Assembly (NCBI GenBank): GCA_963750645.1
Contig: CAVVRO010000008.1
Location: 535,594-599,593 of the forward strand
Reading direction: 5' to 3'
Length of the DNA stretch: 64,000 nucleotides
Source of the DNA: an uncultured Microthrixaceae bacterium
GTDB lineage: Bacteria; Actinomycetota; Acidimicrobiia; Acidimicrobiales; VFJN01
The position numbers and the translations under genes were made by a program. The first letter of the stretch is position 1; every line of letters begins with the position of its first letter. Of this stretch, positions 9,877 through 20,293 are shown in pieces. The notes below the pieces were generated by a model. The model saw only the letters and a list, made by a program, of their open reading frames with translations. It made no database searches and was not told the DNA's origin.

Positions 9877-10395
9877 CTATGTCGGCGGCGCGACCTCGAT
9901 GCGGTCCTGTGGCCACTCGCGGGCGCTGGCGAAGGCCGCCTGCGCGGCGAGCACGATGTCGGTGGGCGTGAGCGCGTGGCCGGGGTAGCAGGCGACGCCG
10001 GCACGGAGCACCCGGCCGCCCGGGCGCGTGGCCAGGGACCGACGAAGGCGCTCCACCGCCCACACCGCGCCGTCCTCGGGGGTGTCCTCGAGCATCAGGC
10101 CGTAGGTGCCATCGTGCAGACGCGCCGCGACGTCTGACGTGCGCAGCGTGGCACGGATCATGGCGGTGACGACCCGGGGATCCGACGCGACCGCCGGGCC
10201 GTCCGGTAGCCCGTCCACGACCTCGAGCTGAGCGAACGCGAGCGGTCGGAGCACGCGCCGGCATGCGATGACGCGCCAGCTCAGCGCGGCGAGGAAGAAC
10301 GGCTGGGCGAAGAGACCTGACGACGGATCGAGCAGGGAGGCATCGATCTCGAGCGCGCCGTCGGGCGCCGCCTCGTCATCTCCCCGATCCGCCAC
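9877..10395 (-). CDS. GGDEF-like domain protein with a degenerate active site
   Basis: The spacing resembles a diguanylate cyclase fold (DPSSGL...FF..., LAFAQLEVVDG, ARLHDGTYGLML, AGVACYPGHA). HDGTY replaces GGDEF. Confidence 0.5.
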   Translation of the reverse strand: MADRGDDEAAPDGALEIDASLLDPSSGLFAQPFFLAALSWRVIACRRVLRPLAFAQLEVVDGLPDGPAVASDPRVVTAMIRATLRTSDVAARLHDGTYGLMLEDTPEDGAVWAVERLRRSLATRPGGRVLRAGVACYPGHALTPTDIVLAAQAAFASAREWPQDRIEVAPPT

Positions 10396-10415
10396 GGGCG
10401 GGAGGATACAAGGCG

Positions 10416-12377
10416 TCAGCCTCGACGGGCGACGGCGAGGTCGATGATCTCCCCCATGATCTTCGTGAGCTCGAAGTCCTTGGGCGTGTACACGGCGGCG
10501 ACATCAGCCGCGAGGAGGCGGGGCCGGTCGTCCTCCGGGATGATCCCGCCCGCCACGACGGGCGCCGTCACGCCTCGCTCCCGACACAGGCGGACCACCT
10601 CGGGCACCAGCTCGAGGTGGCTCCCGGAGAGGATCGAGAGGCCGATGACGTCCACGTCCTCGTCGAGCGCAACGGCGGCGATCTGCTCTGGGGTGAGTCG
10701 GATGCCCTGGTAGATCACCTCGAGGCCGGCATCCCTGGCGGCCACCGCGATCTGCTCGGCGCCGTTGCTGTGACCGTCCAGGCCGGGCTTGGCCACCAGC
10801 AACCGGGGCGGCCCGCCGGGCAGCGCCTTCACCCGCGCGGCCAGGGCTCGCAGCCCCTCGCTGCCACCACCGACCCCCGCGGCCGCGGCCACGCCCGTCG
10901 GGGCGCGGTACTCGCCGAAGATCTCTCGAAGCACCCCGGCCCACTCCCCGGTGGTGCCGCCGGCGTGGGCGAGGTCGATCGTGGCCGGCATGACGTTCTC
11001 GCCCGTCGTCGCGACGCGCCGGAGCTCGTCGAGGGAGCGCTTCACCGCGTCGTCGTCTCGGTTCGCACGCCACGCCACCACCCCTGCGACGATGTCAGCC
11101 TCGACGGACGGATCGACCTTGAGGATCGACCCCTCGCCCTCGAGAGGCGAGGGCAGCGCCTCGGTGAAGCGGTTCACCCCCACGACGGTGAGATCGCCGG
11201 ACTCCAGCCGCCGGAGGCGTTCGGCATGGCTGGCCACGAGGCGACCCTTGAGCTCGTCGATCGCCTCGAAGGCTCCACCGAGCGCCAGCACGTCCTCGAG
11301 CTCTGCCCACGCGCCCTCCGACAGCTCGTCGGTGAGACGGTCCATGACGACGGAGCCCTCGAACAGGTCCGGGTACTCGAGCAGGTCGGTCTCGTAGGCG
11401 AGCACCTGCTGCATCCGCAGCGCCCACTGCTGGTCCCATGGCCGCGGCAGGCCGAGGGCCTCGTTCCACGCGGGCAGCTGGATCGAGCGAGCCCGCGCGT
11501 CCCGGGAGAGGGTCACACCGAGCATCTCGAGCACGATTCTCTGCACGTTGTTCTCTGGCTGCGCCTCGGTGAGGCCGAGGCTGTTCACCTGCACGCCGTA
11601 GCGGAACCGACGCGCCTTCGGGTCGGTGACGCCATAGCGCTCGAGGCCGATCCGGTCCCACAGCGCCGTGAACGCGCGCATCTTGGCGGTCTCCTCGACG
11701 AAGCGGATGCCGCTGTTGACGAAGAAGCTGATGGAGGCGAACACGGCCGGGAACCGATCCTCGTCGACCTGCCCGGAGTCTCGCACCGCGTCGAGCACGC
11801 CGATCGCCGTCGCCAGGCTGTAGGCGAGCTCCTGCACCGGCGTCGCGCCCGCTTCCTGCAGGTGGTAGCTGCACACGTTCATCGGGTTCCACGACGGCAC
11901 CCGTTCCGCGCAGAACGCGATCATGTCGACGATCAGCCGGCGGGAGGGCAGCGGCGGGAAGATGTACGTGCCGCGGGAGAGGTACTCCTTGACGATGTCG
12001 TTCTGCGTCGTGCCCCGCAGCTCCTGGCTCGGTACGCCCTGGCGCTCGGCGTTGGCGACGTAGAGCCCGAGCAGCCAAGCGGCCGGCGCGTTGATCGTCA
12101 TCGAGGTGTTCATCTCGCCCTGCGGGATCCCGTCGAGCAGCTCGCCCATGTGCCCGAGGTGGACCACGGGCACGCCCACCTTCCCGACCTCGCCTTTGGC
12201 GAGCTCGTGGTCGGGGTCGTAGCCGGTCTGCGTCGGCAGGTCGAAGGCGATCGACAGGCCGGTCTGGCCCTTGGCCAGGTTCGACCGGTAGAGCTCGTTG
12301 CTGGCCTTGGCCGTCGAGTGCCCGGAGTAGGTGCGGATCATCCAGGGACGATCGGGCTGCTCCAGGTGCGCGGTCAT
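10416..12377 (-). CDS. B12-dependent acyl-CoA mutase, MeaA/ethylmalonyl-CoA-mutase-like (fused catalytic and B12-binding domains)
   Basis: RPWMIRTYSGHSTAKASNELYRSNLAKGQTGLSIAFDLPTQTGYDPDH matches the MeaA-type signature. The C-terminal B12 domain carries AKPGLDGHSNGAEQIA. The start was set at ATG 12377 (MTAHLEQPDRPW); the longest ORF starts at 12428. Confidence 0.85.
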   Translation of the reverse strand: MTAHLEQPDRPWMIRTYSGHSTAKASNELYRSNLAKGQTGLSIAFDLPTQTGYDPDHELAKGEVGKVGVPVVHLGHMGELLDGIPQGEMNTSMTINAPAAWLLGLYVANAERQGVPSQELRGTTQNDIVKEYLSRGTYIFPPLPSRRLIVDMIAFCAERVPSWNPMNVCSYHLQEAGATPVQELAYSLATAIGVLDAVRDSGQVDEDRFPAVFASISFFVNSGIRFVEETAKMRAFTALWDRIGLERYGVTDPKARRFRYGVQVNSLGLTEAQPENNVQRIVLEMLGVTLSRDARARSIQLPAWNEALGLPRPWDQQWALRMQQVLAYETDLLEYPDLFEGSVVMDRLTDELSEGAWAELEDVLALGGAFEAIDELKGRLVASHAERLRRLESGDLTVVGVNRFTEALPSPLEGEGSILKVDPSVEADIVAGVVAWRANRDDDAVKRSLDELRRVATTGENVMPATIDLAHAGGTTGEWAGVLREIFGEYRAPTGVAAAAGVGGGSEGLRALAARVKALPGGPPRLLVAKPGLDGHSNGAEQIAVAARDAGLEVIYQGIRLTPEQIAAVALDEDVDVIGLSILSGSHLELVPEVVRLCRERGVTAPVVAGGIIPEDDRPRLLAADVAAVYTPKDFELTKIMGEIIDLAVARRG

Positions 12378-12489
12378 CTTGACATGATCCCCGGGCGCAC
12401 CCATCGGACGCCAGCCATCGATGACCATGACGTCATGGCCCTGTTGAAATGGTCAGCAGTCACGTTGCCGGCAGGTCGATGTCCTCGCG

Positions 12490-12867
12490 ATGTCGACGAA
12501 CATGGCGGAACAGACATCCAGCGGCACCACGTGGGGCTACCTCAGGGCCATGGAGGCCTGGACGGACGCCGTCTTCGAGCTCCTCGCGCACGCCGCGGAG
12601 CGGGCGGATGGCCCCAGCGTCCGGGGACGGCTGATGGGGGCGCGCGACGACGCCGAGTCGCTGCGCGACCTGCTCCACACCGCGAACGGTCGCCACGATC
12701 CCAACCCCAGCGCGAACGCCACGATCGAGTCGATCTGCTCGCTGTGGGACGCCAACGAGCCGTACTTCGAGCGGGTCGCCGCCGAGGTGGATCCCGCCTT
12801 CTACCGGGCGTGGGAGGCGCGCTCGGCCAAGGCTCGCACGGACCGCCACGGGCCGGCCGCCGCCTGA
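12490..12867 (+). CDS. hypothetical protein
   Basis: 125-aa ORF with strong G/C bias at third codon positions and a non-low-complexity sequence. No family was recognised. Confidence 0.5.
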   Translation: MSTNMAEQTSSGTTWGYLRAMEAWTDAVFELLAHAAERADGPSVRGRLMGARDDAESLRDLLHTANGRHDPNPSANATIESICSLWDANEPYFERVAAEVDPAFYRAWEARSAKARTDRHGPAAA

Positions 12868-12871
12868 GCGG

Positions 12872-13537
12872 TCACCTCCACAGCGCCGGGAGGGGCAGCT
12901 CGATCGCCGTCGCGAGCAGCTCCACGTACCTGACACGAGCCACGGCCACCACCCCCAGCGACGCGAGGTGCTCCGTCGGCCACTGCACATCCAGCAGTCG
13001 CCCCGAGCACTCCGCCCGGAGGTGCTCGACGAGCGCCACCAACGCCACCTTCGACGCGTCCGTCCGCCGATGGAACATCGACTCACCGGCGAACAGACCA
13101 CCGATCGCCACGCCGTAGAGCCCGCCGGCGAGCCCGTCGTCGTCCCATGCCTCGACGCTGTGGACCCAGCCCAGCTCGTGCAGACGCACATAGGCCGCCC
13201 GGATCGAGGGGGTGATCCACCCGCCGTCGCGACCGGGGTCGGCACAAGCATCGATCACCTCGGCGAACGAGGAGTCGACCCGCACCTCGTAGCGGGCACA
13301 GGAGCGCCGGAGCGAGCGGCTCACCACCAGCCGGTCCAGCGGGAGGATCCCTCTGGGGTCGGGTGACCACCACCCGATCGGGCCCCTGACCCCGAGAGGC
13401 ATCGGGAACACGCCGTGACGGTAGGCGTGCAGCAGCGTGCCCGGCTCGAGGTCCGCGCCGACGCCGACCATGCCGTGCTCGTCGGTCGCGTCGAGGGCGG
13501 GAAACCGCCAGACGCTCGGCGGGGGCTCGGCCGGCAC
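12872..13537 (-). CDS. aat: leucyl/phenylalanyl-tRNA--protein transferase
   Basis: Motifs LLHAYRHGVFPM, GWWSPDPRGILPL, GGLYGVAIGGLFAGESMF and ASKVALVALVEHL are present. Confidence 0.85.
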   Translation of the reverse strand: MPAEPPPSVWRFPALDATDEHGMVGVGADLEPGTLLHAYRHGVFPMPLGVRGPIGWWSPDPRGILPLDRLVVSRSLRRSCARYEVRVDSSFAEVIDACADPGRDGGWITPSIRAAYVRLHELGWVHSVEAWDDDGLAGGLYGVAIGGLFAGESMFHRRTDASKVALVALVEHLRAECSGRLLDVQWPTEHLASLGVVAVARVRYVELLATAIELPLPALWR

Positions 13538-13539
13538 CG

Positions 13540-14313
13540 CTACTTCGTCGTGGCGACGCCGCCGTCGACGGGGATGATCGCGCCGGTCAGGAACGAACCG
13601 GCCCTCGAGCTGAGGAAGATGGCCGGCCCGGCCATGTCGTCCGGCCGGCCGATGCGCTTCAAGGGCATCATCTGGGCCATCCGCTCCTCACCGGCTGCCT
13701 CGATGGTGGCGCGCATCATCCGGGACTCGAACGGCCCGGGGGCGATGGCGTTGACGGTGATTGCGGGCGCGAGGTGCTTGGCCAGGTGGCGGGTGAGCTG
13801 GTGCACCGCCGCCTTGGACGCCGAGTAGGCGTAGGTCTCGAAGCCTGGCACCTGGATGCCGTCGACCGACCCGATGTTGATGATGCGCGCCGGCTCGTCA
13901 GCCGTGCCAGCCGCCTGCAGCAGCGGCAGGAGGAACTTGGTGGTGTGGAACACGCCCTCGACGTTCACGTCGAGGACCCGGTGCCAGGACTTCGTGTCCT
14001 GCTCGGCGAGCGGCGCGCCCCAGTTGGCACCCGCGTTGTTCACGAGGATGTCGAGCGAGTCCCACCGGTCAGCGACCGCCGTCCCGAGGCCCCGGCAGCC
14101 CTCCTCGGTCGAGAGGTCAGCGACGATGTACGAGCAGTCACCCTTCTGCGACAGCTCCGTCGCGACCTGCTCCAGCGAGTTCTCCTTGCGCGAGGCGATG
14201 ATCACGCTGGCGCCGGCCTCCACGAAGCCCGTGGCGATCATGGTCCCGATGCCGCTGCCACCGCCGGTGACGACGGCCTTCTTCCCCGCGATGTCGAACA
14301 GATCAGATGTCAT
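13540..14313 (-). CDS. SDR-family oxidoreductase
   Basis: Cofactor motif VVTGGGSGIG, NNAG and the catalytic YSASKAAV motif are present. The product is 257 aa. Confidence 0.85.
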   Translation of the reverse strand: MTSDLFDIAGKKAVVTGGGSGIGTMIATGFVEAGASVIIASRKENSLEQVATELSQKGDCSYIVADLSTEEGCRGLGTAVADRWDSLDILVNNAGANWGAPLAEQDTKSWHRVLDVNVEGVFHTTKFLLPLLQAAGTADEPARIINIGSVDGIQVPGFETYAYSASKAAVHQLTRHLAKHLAPAITVNAIAPGPFESRMMRATIEAAGEERMAQMMPLKRIGRPDDMAGPAIFLSSRAGSFLTGAIIPVDGGVATTK

Positions 14314-14329
14314 GGGAGGACGCTATGCG

Positions 14330-14460
14330 CCGGGGCGGGGGCAGAGGCTCCGCCGGAGCTCACCGCCCGCGAGGGACCGGCTCCGCCGTGTCCCGAGGAG
14401 TGAGCCGTCAGTGCGCCAGTAGCGCGACTTCGACCGGCTGCCGAAGGCGAGTGACGACGA
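14330..14460 (+). repeat. GC-hairpin intergenic repeat, copy C
   Basis: Sequence gggggcagaggctccgccggagctcaccgcccgcgagggaccggctccgccgtg...gtgagccgtcagtgcgccagtagcgcg...gaaggcgagtgacgacga. It ends at the TAG of the hbd-like gene (14461-14463). Confidence 0.7.
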
Positions 14461-15315
14461 CTACTTCTTGTAGTCGTAGAAGCCTGCACCCGACTTCCGG
14501 CCGAGCTGGCCGGCGGCGACCATGCGGCGCAGCAAGGGGAGCGCGGCGTAGTTCGGATCGCGGAACTCCGCGTACAGCGCATCGAGGATCGACAGCGACG
14601 TGTCCAGGCCGACGAGGTCGAGCAGCGCGAGCGGGCCCATCGGGAAGTTGCAGCCACCCTTCATGGCCGTGTCGATGTCGTCCCGGCTGGCGGTCCCTGC
14701 CTCGAGCATCCGCACGGCGTTGTTCAGGTACGGGAACAGCAGCGCGTTGACGATGAAGCCGGCCCGGTCCTTGACCTCGACGACGTCCTTGCCGCAATCG
14801 GCGGCGAACTCCCTGGCCGCCGCCACCGTCGCCTCGCTGGCCGTCAGCGGGACGATGACCTCGACGAGGCTCATCATCGGCGCCGGGTTGAAGAAGTGGA
14901 TGCCGACGACCATGTCGGGCCGCTCTGTCGCCATCGCGAGCTCGATCACCGGGAGGGTGGACGTGTTGGTGGCGAGGATGGCCTCGGGCTTGAGGATGTC
15001 GTCCAGGCGGGTGAACAGCTCCTGCTTGACGGCGAGGTCCTCCACCACCGACTCCACGACGAGGTCGCAATCGTGCAGGGCGTGCAGGTCGTCCGTGGCA
15101 CTCACGCGTGCGACGATCTCCTTCGCGGCGGTCTCGTCGAGCTTCCCCCGCTCGACCTGCTTCGCGAGCGACCTCTCCAAGCCGGTGACCATCGCGTCCG
15201 CCGTCGCCTGCTGGCGCGACCGCAGGATGACCTCGATGCCCGACTTGGCGGCCACCTCGGCGATGCCCGACCCCATGATCCCCGACCCGACGACCGCAAG
15301 CTTCGTGATGCTCAT
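14461..15315 (-). CDS. 3-hydroxybutyryl-CoA / 3-hydroxyacyl-CoA dehydrogenase
   Basis: N-terminus KLAVVGSGIMGSGIAEVAA, plus HFFNPAPMMSLVEV and the C-terminal GRKSGAGFYDY. Confidence 0.9.
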   Translation of the reverse strand: MSITKLAVVGSGIMGSGIAEVAAKSGIEVILRSRQQATADAMVTGLERSLAKQVERGKLDETAAKEIVARVSATDDLHALHDCDLVVESVVEDLAVKQELFTRLDDILKPEAILATNTSTLPVIELAMATERPDMVVGIHFFNPAPMMSLVEVIVPLTASEATVAAAREFAADCGKDVVEVKDRAGFIVNALLFPYLNNAVRMLEAGTASRDDIDTAMKGGCNFPMGPLALLDLVGLDTSLSILDALYAEFRDPNYAALPLLRRMVAAGQLGRKSGAGFYDYKK

Positions 15316-15379
15316 GGGCTGCGACGCTACCGACCGGTAACAACCGGGGTCCAGATGCCGGGCCGCTAGGTTCGCACCC

Positions 15380-16042
15380 GTGCCTGGTCCCCTTGCGCTG
15401 GTCGGTGGTGCCGAATGGCGGGCAGGGTGTGACTTCGATCGCGAGCTGCTGGATCAGAGCGGCGGGCGCGAGGTACTCGTCCTGCCGACCGCGGCGGCGT
15501 ACGAGCACCCCGACCGTGCCCTCGAGTCAGCGCAGCGCTGGTTCGACGAGCTCGACGCCACCATGCGCCCACTCCGCGTCCTCACCCGGCGCGACGCCGT
15601 CGACGAGGCGAACGTGGCCCCGATCACCGACGCGACCTTCATCTACCTCTCGGGGGGCAGCCCGATGCACCTGCGCTCCGTGCTGAAGGACTCCCCCGTG
15701 TGGGACGCGCTGGTCGCGGCCTGGCAACGAGGGGCCGTGCTCGCCGGCTCTGGCTCCGGCGCGATGGTGCTGTGCGACCCGATGGTCGACCCGCGCGGCG
15801 GTGCCCTCACCCTGGGCCTCGGGCTGATCGAGCAGCTCGCCGTCATCCCGCACCACGACACGTGGAGCGAGGACAAGGCCAAGCGGACCCTTCGCATCGC
15901 CCCGACGGGCCTCGCCATCGCCGGGATCGACGCGCGCACCGCCCTGATCCGTTCCCCGGAAGGGACCTGGACAGCCGGTGGCGCGGGGTCGGTGGTGGTG
16001 TACCTCGACGGCGAGGAGGCCGGGCTGTCTGCGCTCCCCTAG
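15380..16042 (+). CDS. peptidase S51 / cyanophycinase-like class I amidotransferase-fold protein
   Basis: Motifs LALVGGAEW, IYLSGGSPMHL and LAGSGSGAMVL are present. The start codon is GTG. Confidence 0.65.
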   Translation: MPGPLALVGGAEWRAGCDFDRELLDQSGGREVLVLPTAAAYEHPDRALESAQRWFDELDATMRPLRVLTRRDAVDEANVAPITDATFIYLSGGSPMHLRSVLKDSPVWDALVAAWQRGAVLAGSGSGAMVLCDPMVDPRGGALTLGLGLIEQLAVIPHHDTWSEDKAKRTLRIAPTGLAIAGIDARTALIRSPEGTWTAGGAGSVVVYLDGEEAGLSALP

Positions 16043-16863
16043 CCCTCGGTGATCGCCACCGACGTCACGGCCACGGGCTTCGTCGGCTGCTCGGCCGAGT
16101 TGCCCAGCGCGTTGATCGCCTCGGACACGTCCTGGCCCTCGATGATCTTGCCGAACACGGCATAGGTGCCGGTGCCCGAGAGCGCGCCGTTGGGGTCGCC
16201 GACCACGAAGAAGAACTGGCTGCTCGCGCTGTTGGGCTCCTGCGTCCGAGCCATGGCCACGGTGCCCGGGGCGTAGGCCGTGGCCGGATCGGCCGGGGGC
16301 TCGTCCTCGATCGTGTAGCCGGGGGCCGCAGAGCCAGACTCGGGACCGACGGGGTCGCCGGTCTGGTCGACGAAGCCCGGCACGATCCGGTGGAACGGCA
16401 CGTTGTCGTAGTAGTGGTAGCGCGCCAGGACCACGAAGTTGTTCACCGCGATGGGTGCGCCGACCGGGTCGAGCTCGATGACGATGTCACCCTCGGTCGT
16501 GCTCACCGTCGCGGTGTAGGTCTTGGCGGGGTCGATGCACGTGGGCGGCGCCTGTTCGAAGCTCGTGGTGCGCTCCGCGGTGCCATCCGCCGGTGGGCAG
16601 GGGGTCTCGCCGGTGATGGCGGCCCCTGGCCCGGGATAGACGACCGCCACGGCATCGCTCGTGGTGCTGGTGGTCGCCGCGGTGTCGTCGGCGCCGTCGG
16701 CGCTGAAGAGAGCGATCGCACCGGCCACCGCGAGGACCAGCGCCAGGATGATGACGAGGCTCCGGAACTGGCGCTTTCGCTGTGTCTTCTGGGTGGCGGC
16801 CCGCTGCTCCTCGAGGCGGAGGAGCCGGCCTTCGTCTTGACGCTGTCGCTTCTCGCTCGGCAT
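16039..16863 (-). CDS. membrane-anchored cyclophilin-type peptidyl-prolyl isomerase
   Basis: Cyclophilin core NNFVVLARYHYYDNVPFHRIVPGFVDQTGDP and SQFFFV. An N-terminal basic region and a TM helix follow ATG 16863. The longest ORF starts at 16986. Confidence 0.8.
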   Translation of the reverse strand: MPSEKRQRQDEGRLLRLEEQRAATQKTQRKRQFRSLVIILALVLAVAGAIALFSADGADDTAATTSTTSDAVAVVYPGPGAAITGETPCPPADGTAERTTSFEQAPPTCIDPAKTYTATVSTTEGDIVIELDPVGAPIAVNNFVVLARYHYYDNVPFHRIVPGFVDQTGDPVGPESGSAAPGYTIEDEPPADPATAYAPGTVAMARTQEPNSASSQFFFVVGDPNGALSGTGTYAVFGKIIEGQDVSEAINALGNSAEQPTKPVAVTSVAITEG

Positions 16864-16984
16864 GGCGCCGAACACTAGTGGTGGCCCTCCCCCGTCTCCG
16901 AGTCGGTCGATCCGGGCATCCTGGGTCATCGCGGCCGTTCGCGAATAGGATGGGCGGCCCACGCGCGCACAGGAGAGCGATCGC

Positions 16985-17488
16985 ATGACCGCGGACAGTG
17001 ACGGGGAGCAGTCGACGTTCTCGAGCCAGGTCGGTCAACGGCTGCGCTCGGTGCGACGCATCCGTGGCCTGTCCCTCGATGACGTCGAACGGGAGTCCGG
17101 TGGCCGCTGGAGCGCCTCGGCCGTGGGGGCCTACGAGCGGGGCTTCCGCAACCTCAGCCTGCCGCGCCTTCGCGACCTCGCACGCTTCTACGACGTGCCG
17201 ATGGGCGTCCTCCTCGGCGAGGACGACGGGGCCGACGGCAGCCGAGCGCAGGGCCGCCTCGTGCTCGACCTCGTGGCCCTCCAGCAGGTGCCCGAGGCGG
17301 AGGCCGTGCTGCGCTACCTGCGTTCGATCATCCTCGAGCGAGGTGACTACAACGGGCGCGTCCTCTCCGTGCGGCGGGACGACCTGCGGGCGATCTGCTC
17401 CCTGCTCCGCACCGACGAGGCCGCCACCCTGGAGCGGCTGCACCAGTGGGGTGCCCTCGTCGACGGGAGCGGGCCAACCAGTTCGTGA
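16985..17488 (+). CDS. XRE-family helix-turn-helix transcriptional regulator
   Basis: HTH segment [54 protein letters not shown]. Confidence 0.75.
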   Translation: MTADSDGEQSTFSSQVGQRLRSVRRIRGLSLDDVERESGGRWSASAVGAYERGFRNLSLPRLRDLARFYDVPMGVLLGEDDGADGSRAQGRLVLDLVALQQVPEAEAVLRYLRSIILERGDYNGRVLSVRRDDLRAICSLLRTDEAATLERLHQWGALVDGSGPTSS

Positions 17489-17520
17489 CGGGACGGGAGC
17501 CGGCGGTAGCGTCCTCGCCC

Positions 17521-18774
17521 GTGGCTCTGGTCGTCCAGAAGTTCGGCGGCACGTCGGTCGCCGACCCCGAGCGCATCCGCGAGGTCGCCGACCACGTCGC
17601 CCGCACGCAAGCGCCGTGGCAACGACGTGGTGCGTGGTCGTCAGCGCCATGGGCAAGGAGACCGACGAGCTGCTGCGCCTCGCCTCCGAGGTGTCCGACG
17701 ACCCGCCCCGGCCGCGAGATGGACATGCTGCATCACGGCCGGCGAGCGCAAGGCCACCGCGCTGCTGTGCATGGCGCTCGCACGACCTCGGCGTCGACGC
17801 CGAGTCGTTCACCGGGCAGCCAGGCGGGGTTCATCACCGACACCACCCACACCAACGCCAAGATCGTCGAGGTGCGGCCGACCGCATCCGCGACGGCCCT
17901 CGACGCCGGGCACGTCCCGGTGGTCGGCGGCTCCCAGGGCGTGTCCGACCGACCGCAACGTCACCTTCCTCGGTCGCGGCGGCTCGGACACCACCGCGGT
18001 CGCGCTGGCCCACGCGCTCGGCGCCGACGTCCTGCGAGCTCTACACCGACGTCTCCGGCGTGTTCACCAGCCGACCCCCGGGTCGTGCCCGACGCCCGCC
18101 GCATGGAGCGCGTCAGCTTCGACGAGCTGCTCGAGATGACGCGCCAACGGCTGCCCGAAGCCGGCCATGCGGTCGGTCGAGTTCGCCCGCACCTACGGGC
18201 GTCGACCTGCACGTCCGCTCAGCGTTCACCTGGGAGCCGGGCACCTGGGTCACGAGGAGGACGACGACATGGAGCAGGCCATCATCTCGGCGGTCGTCCA
18301 CGACACCGACGAGGCCAAGGTCACGGTCGCCGGGGTGCCCGACCAGCCCGGCATCGCCGCCCGCCTGTTCCGGCTCCTCGCCGACGCCGACATCAACGTC
18401 GACATGATCGTGCAGAACACGTCGGAGCACGGCGTGACCGACATCTCCTTCACCGTCCCCCACGACGACCTCGACCGAGCCACGAGATCACCGTCGGCGC
18501 TCGGCCGCGGAGATCGGCGCCACCGGGGTGCACCAGCGACGGCGACATCGCCCGGGTGAGCGTCGTCGGCGCGGGCATGAAGTCGAACCCGGGCGTGGCC
18601 GCCACGGTGTTCGAGACCCTCGCCGCCGCCGGCATCAACATCGAGATGATCTCCACCTCGGCGATCCGGATCAGCTGCGTGGTGCGCCGAGGCCCAGGTC
18701 GAGCAGGCCGTGCAGGCCCTCCACGACGCCTTCGAGCTGAGCGCGTCAAGGGCGGCTCCGCCCCCTTCGCATGA
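17521..18774 (+). pseudogene. ask: aspartokinase (alpha/beta), disrupted by many 1-nt indels (or a sequence-quality artefact)
   Basis: The start [19 protein letters not shown] is intact. Later canonical segments are scattered over all three frames: [99 protein letters not shown] and others. The internal beta-subunit start ATG 18269 ([12 protein letters not shown]) with RBS gaggagga is still visible. The 3' end is approximate. Confidence 0.85.
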
Positions 18775-18825
18775 CCCCCGATTGCGCCGCCATAAGGCTT
18801 TGGGCCTCGTGGAGCGACGCCGTAG

Positions 18826-19889
<1,064 letters not shown>

Positions 19890-19936
19890 CGACCACGGCC
19901 AACCACACGCCTTCTGTGTGCAGTCAGTGGGGGGGA

Positions 19937-20215
19937 TCAGCAGCGGCAGGGGGACGCACCGCAGCGGGGGCAGCCGCCGGCGTAGCGGGCGACGGCGTCG
20001 TCGAGCGACAGCCCGAGCTGCTCGGCCAGGGACGCCAACCACGCCAGGACGTCGCCCAGCTCGTGGAGCTGCTGCTCGGCGCCGCCCTTGCGCACGGCCT
20101 GGGCCAGCTCGCCGAGCTCCTCGGTGAGCCAGGCGACGGTTGCCGGCACCCCGCGCGCCCGATCCCGCTCGCCGTAGGTGTCGGCCATCAGGCGCTGCAG
20201 CTCGCCGAGCTCCAT
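19937..20215 (-). CDS. MazG-like nucleotide pyrophosphohydrolase (small, with a C-terminal Cys cluster)
   Basis: 92-aa product MELGELQRLMADTYGERD...EELGELAQAVRKG...ELGDVLAWLASLAEQLG. The long ORF was trimmed to ATG 20215. Confidence 0.7.
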   Translation of the reverse strand: MELGELQRLMADTYGERDRARGVPATVAWLTEELGELAQAVRKGGAEQQLHELGDVLAWLASLAEQLGLSLDDAVARYAGGCPRCGASPCRC

Positions 20216-20232
20216 CGGTGCACCGTAGGCCC

Positions 20233-20279
20233 TTGACAAGGCTAACGATGTTAGCCATACTGGCGCTAACACCGTTAGC
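20233..20279 (+). promoter_or_regulatory. putative sigma70-type promoter with two TetR-type palindromic operators
   Basis: TTGACA (20233-20238), a 17-nt spacer and CATACT (20256-20261). Palindrome ggctaac-gat-gttagcc (20240-20256) fills the spacer. A second palindrome gctaac-acc-gttagc (20265-20279) lies just downstream. RBS gagaggag precedes ATG 20294. Confidence 0.6.
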
Positions 20280-20293
20280 CGAGAGGAGCCACG

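Noticed and set aside
10617-13118. An 833-codon ORF on the plus strand.
   Set aside because: It lies antisense to the mutase and aat genes, which carry clear family signatures. The translation is low complexity.
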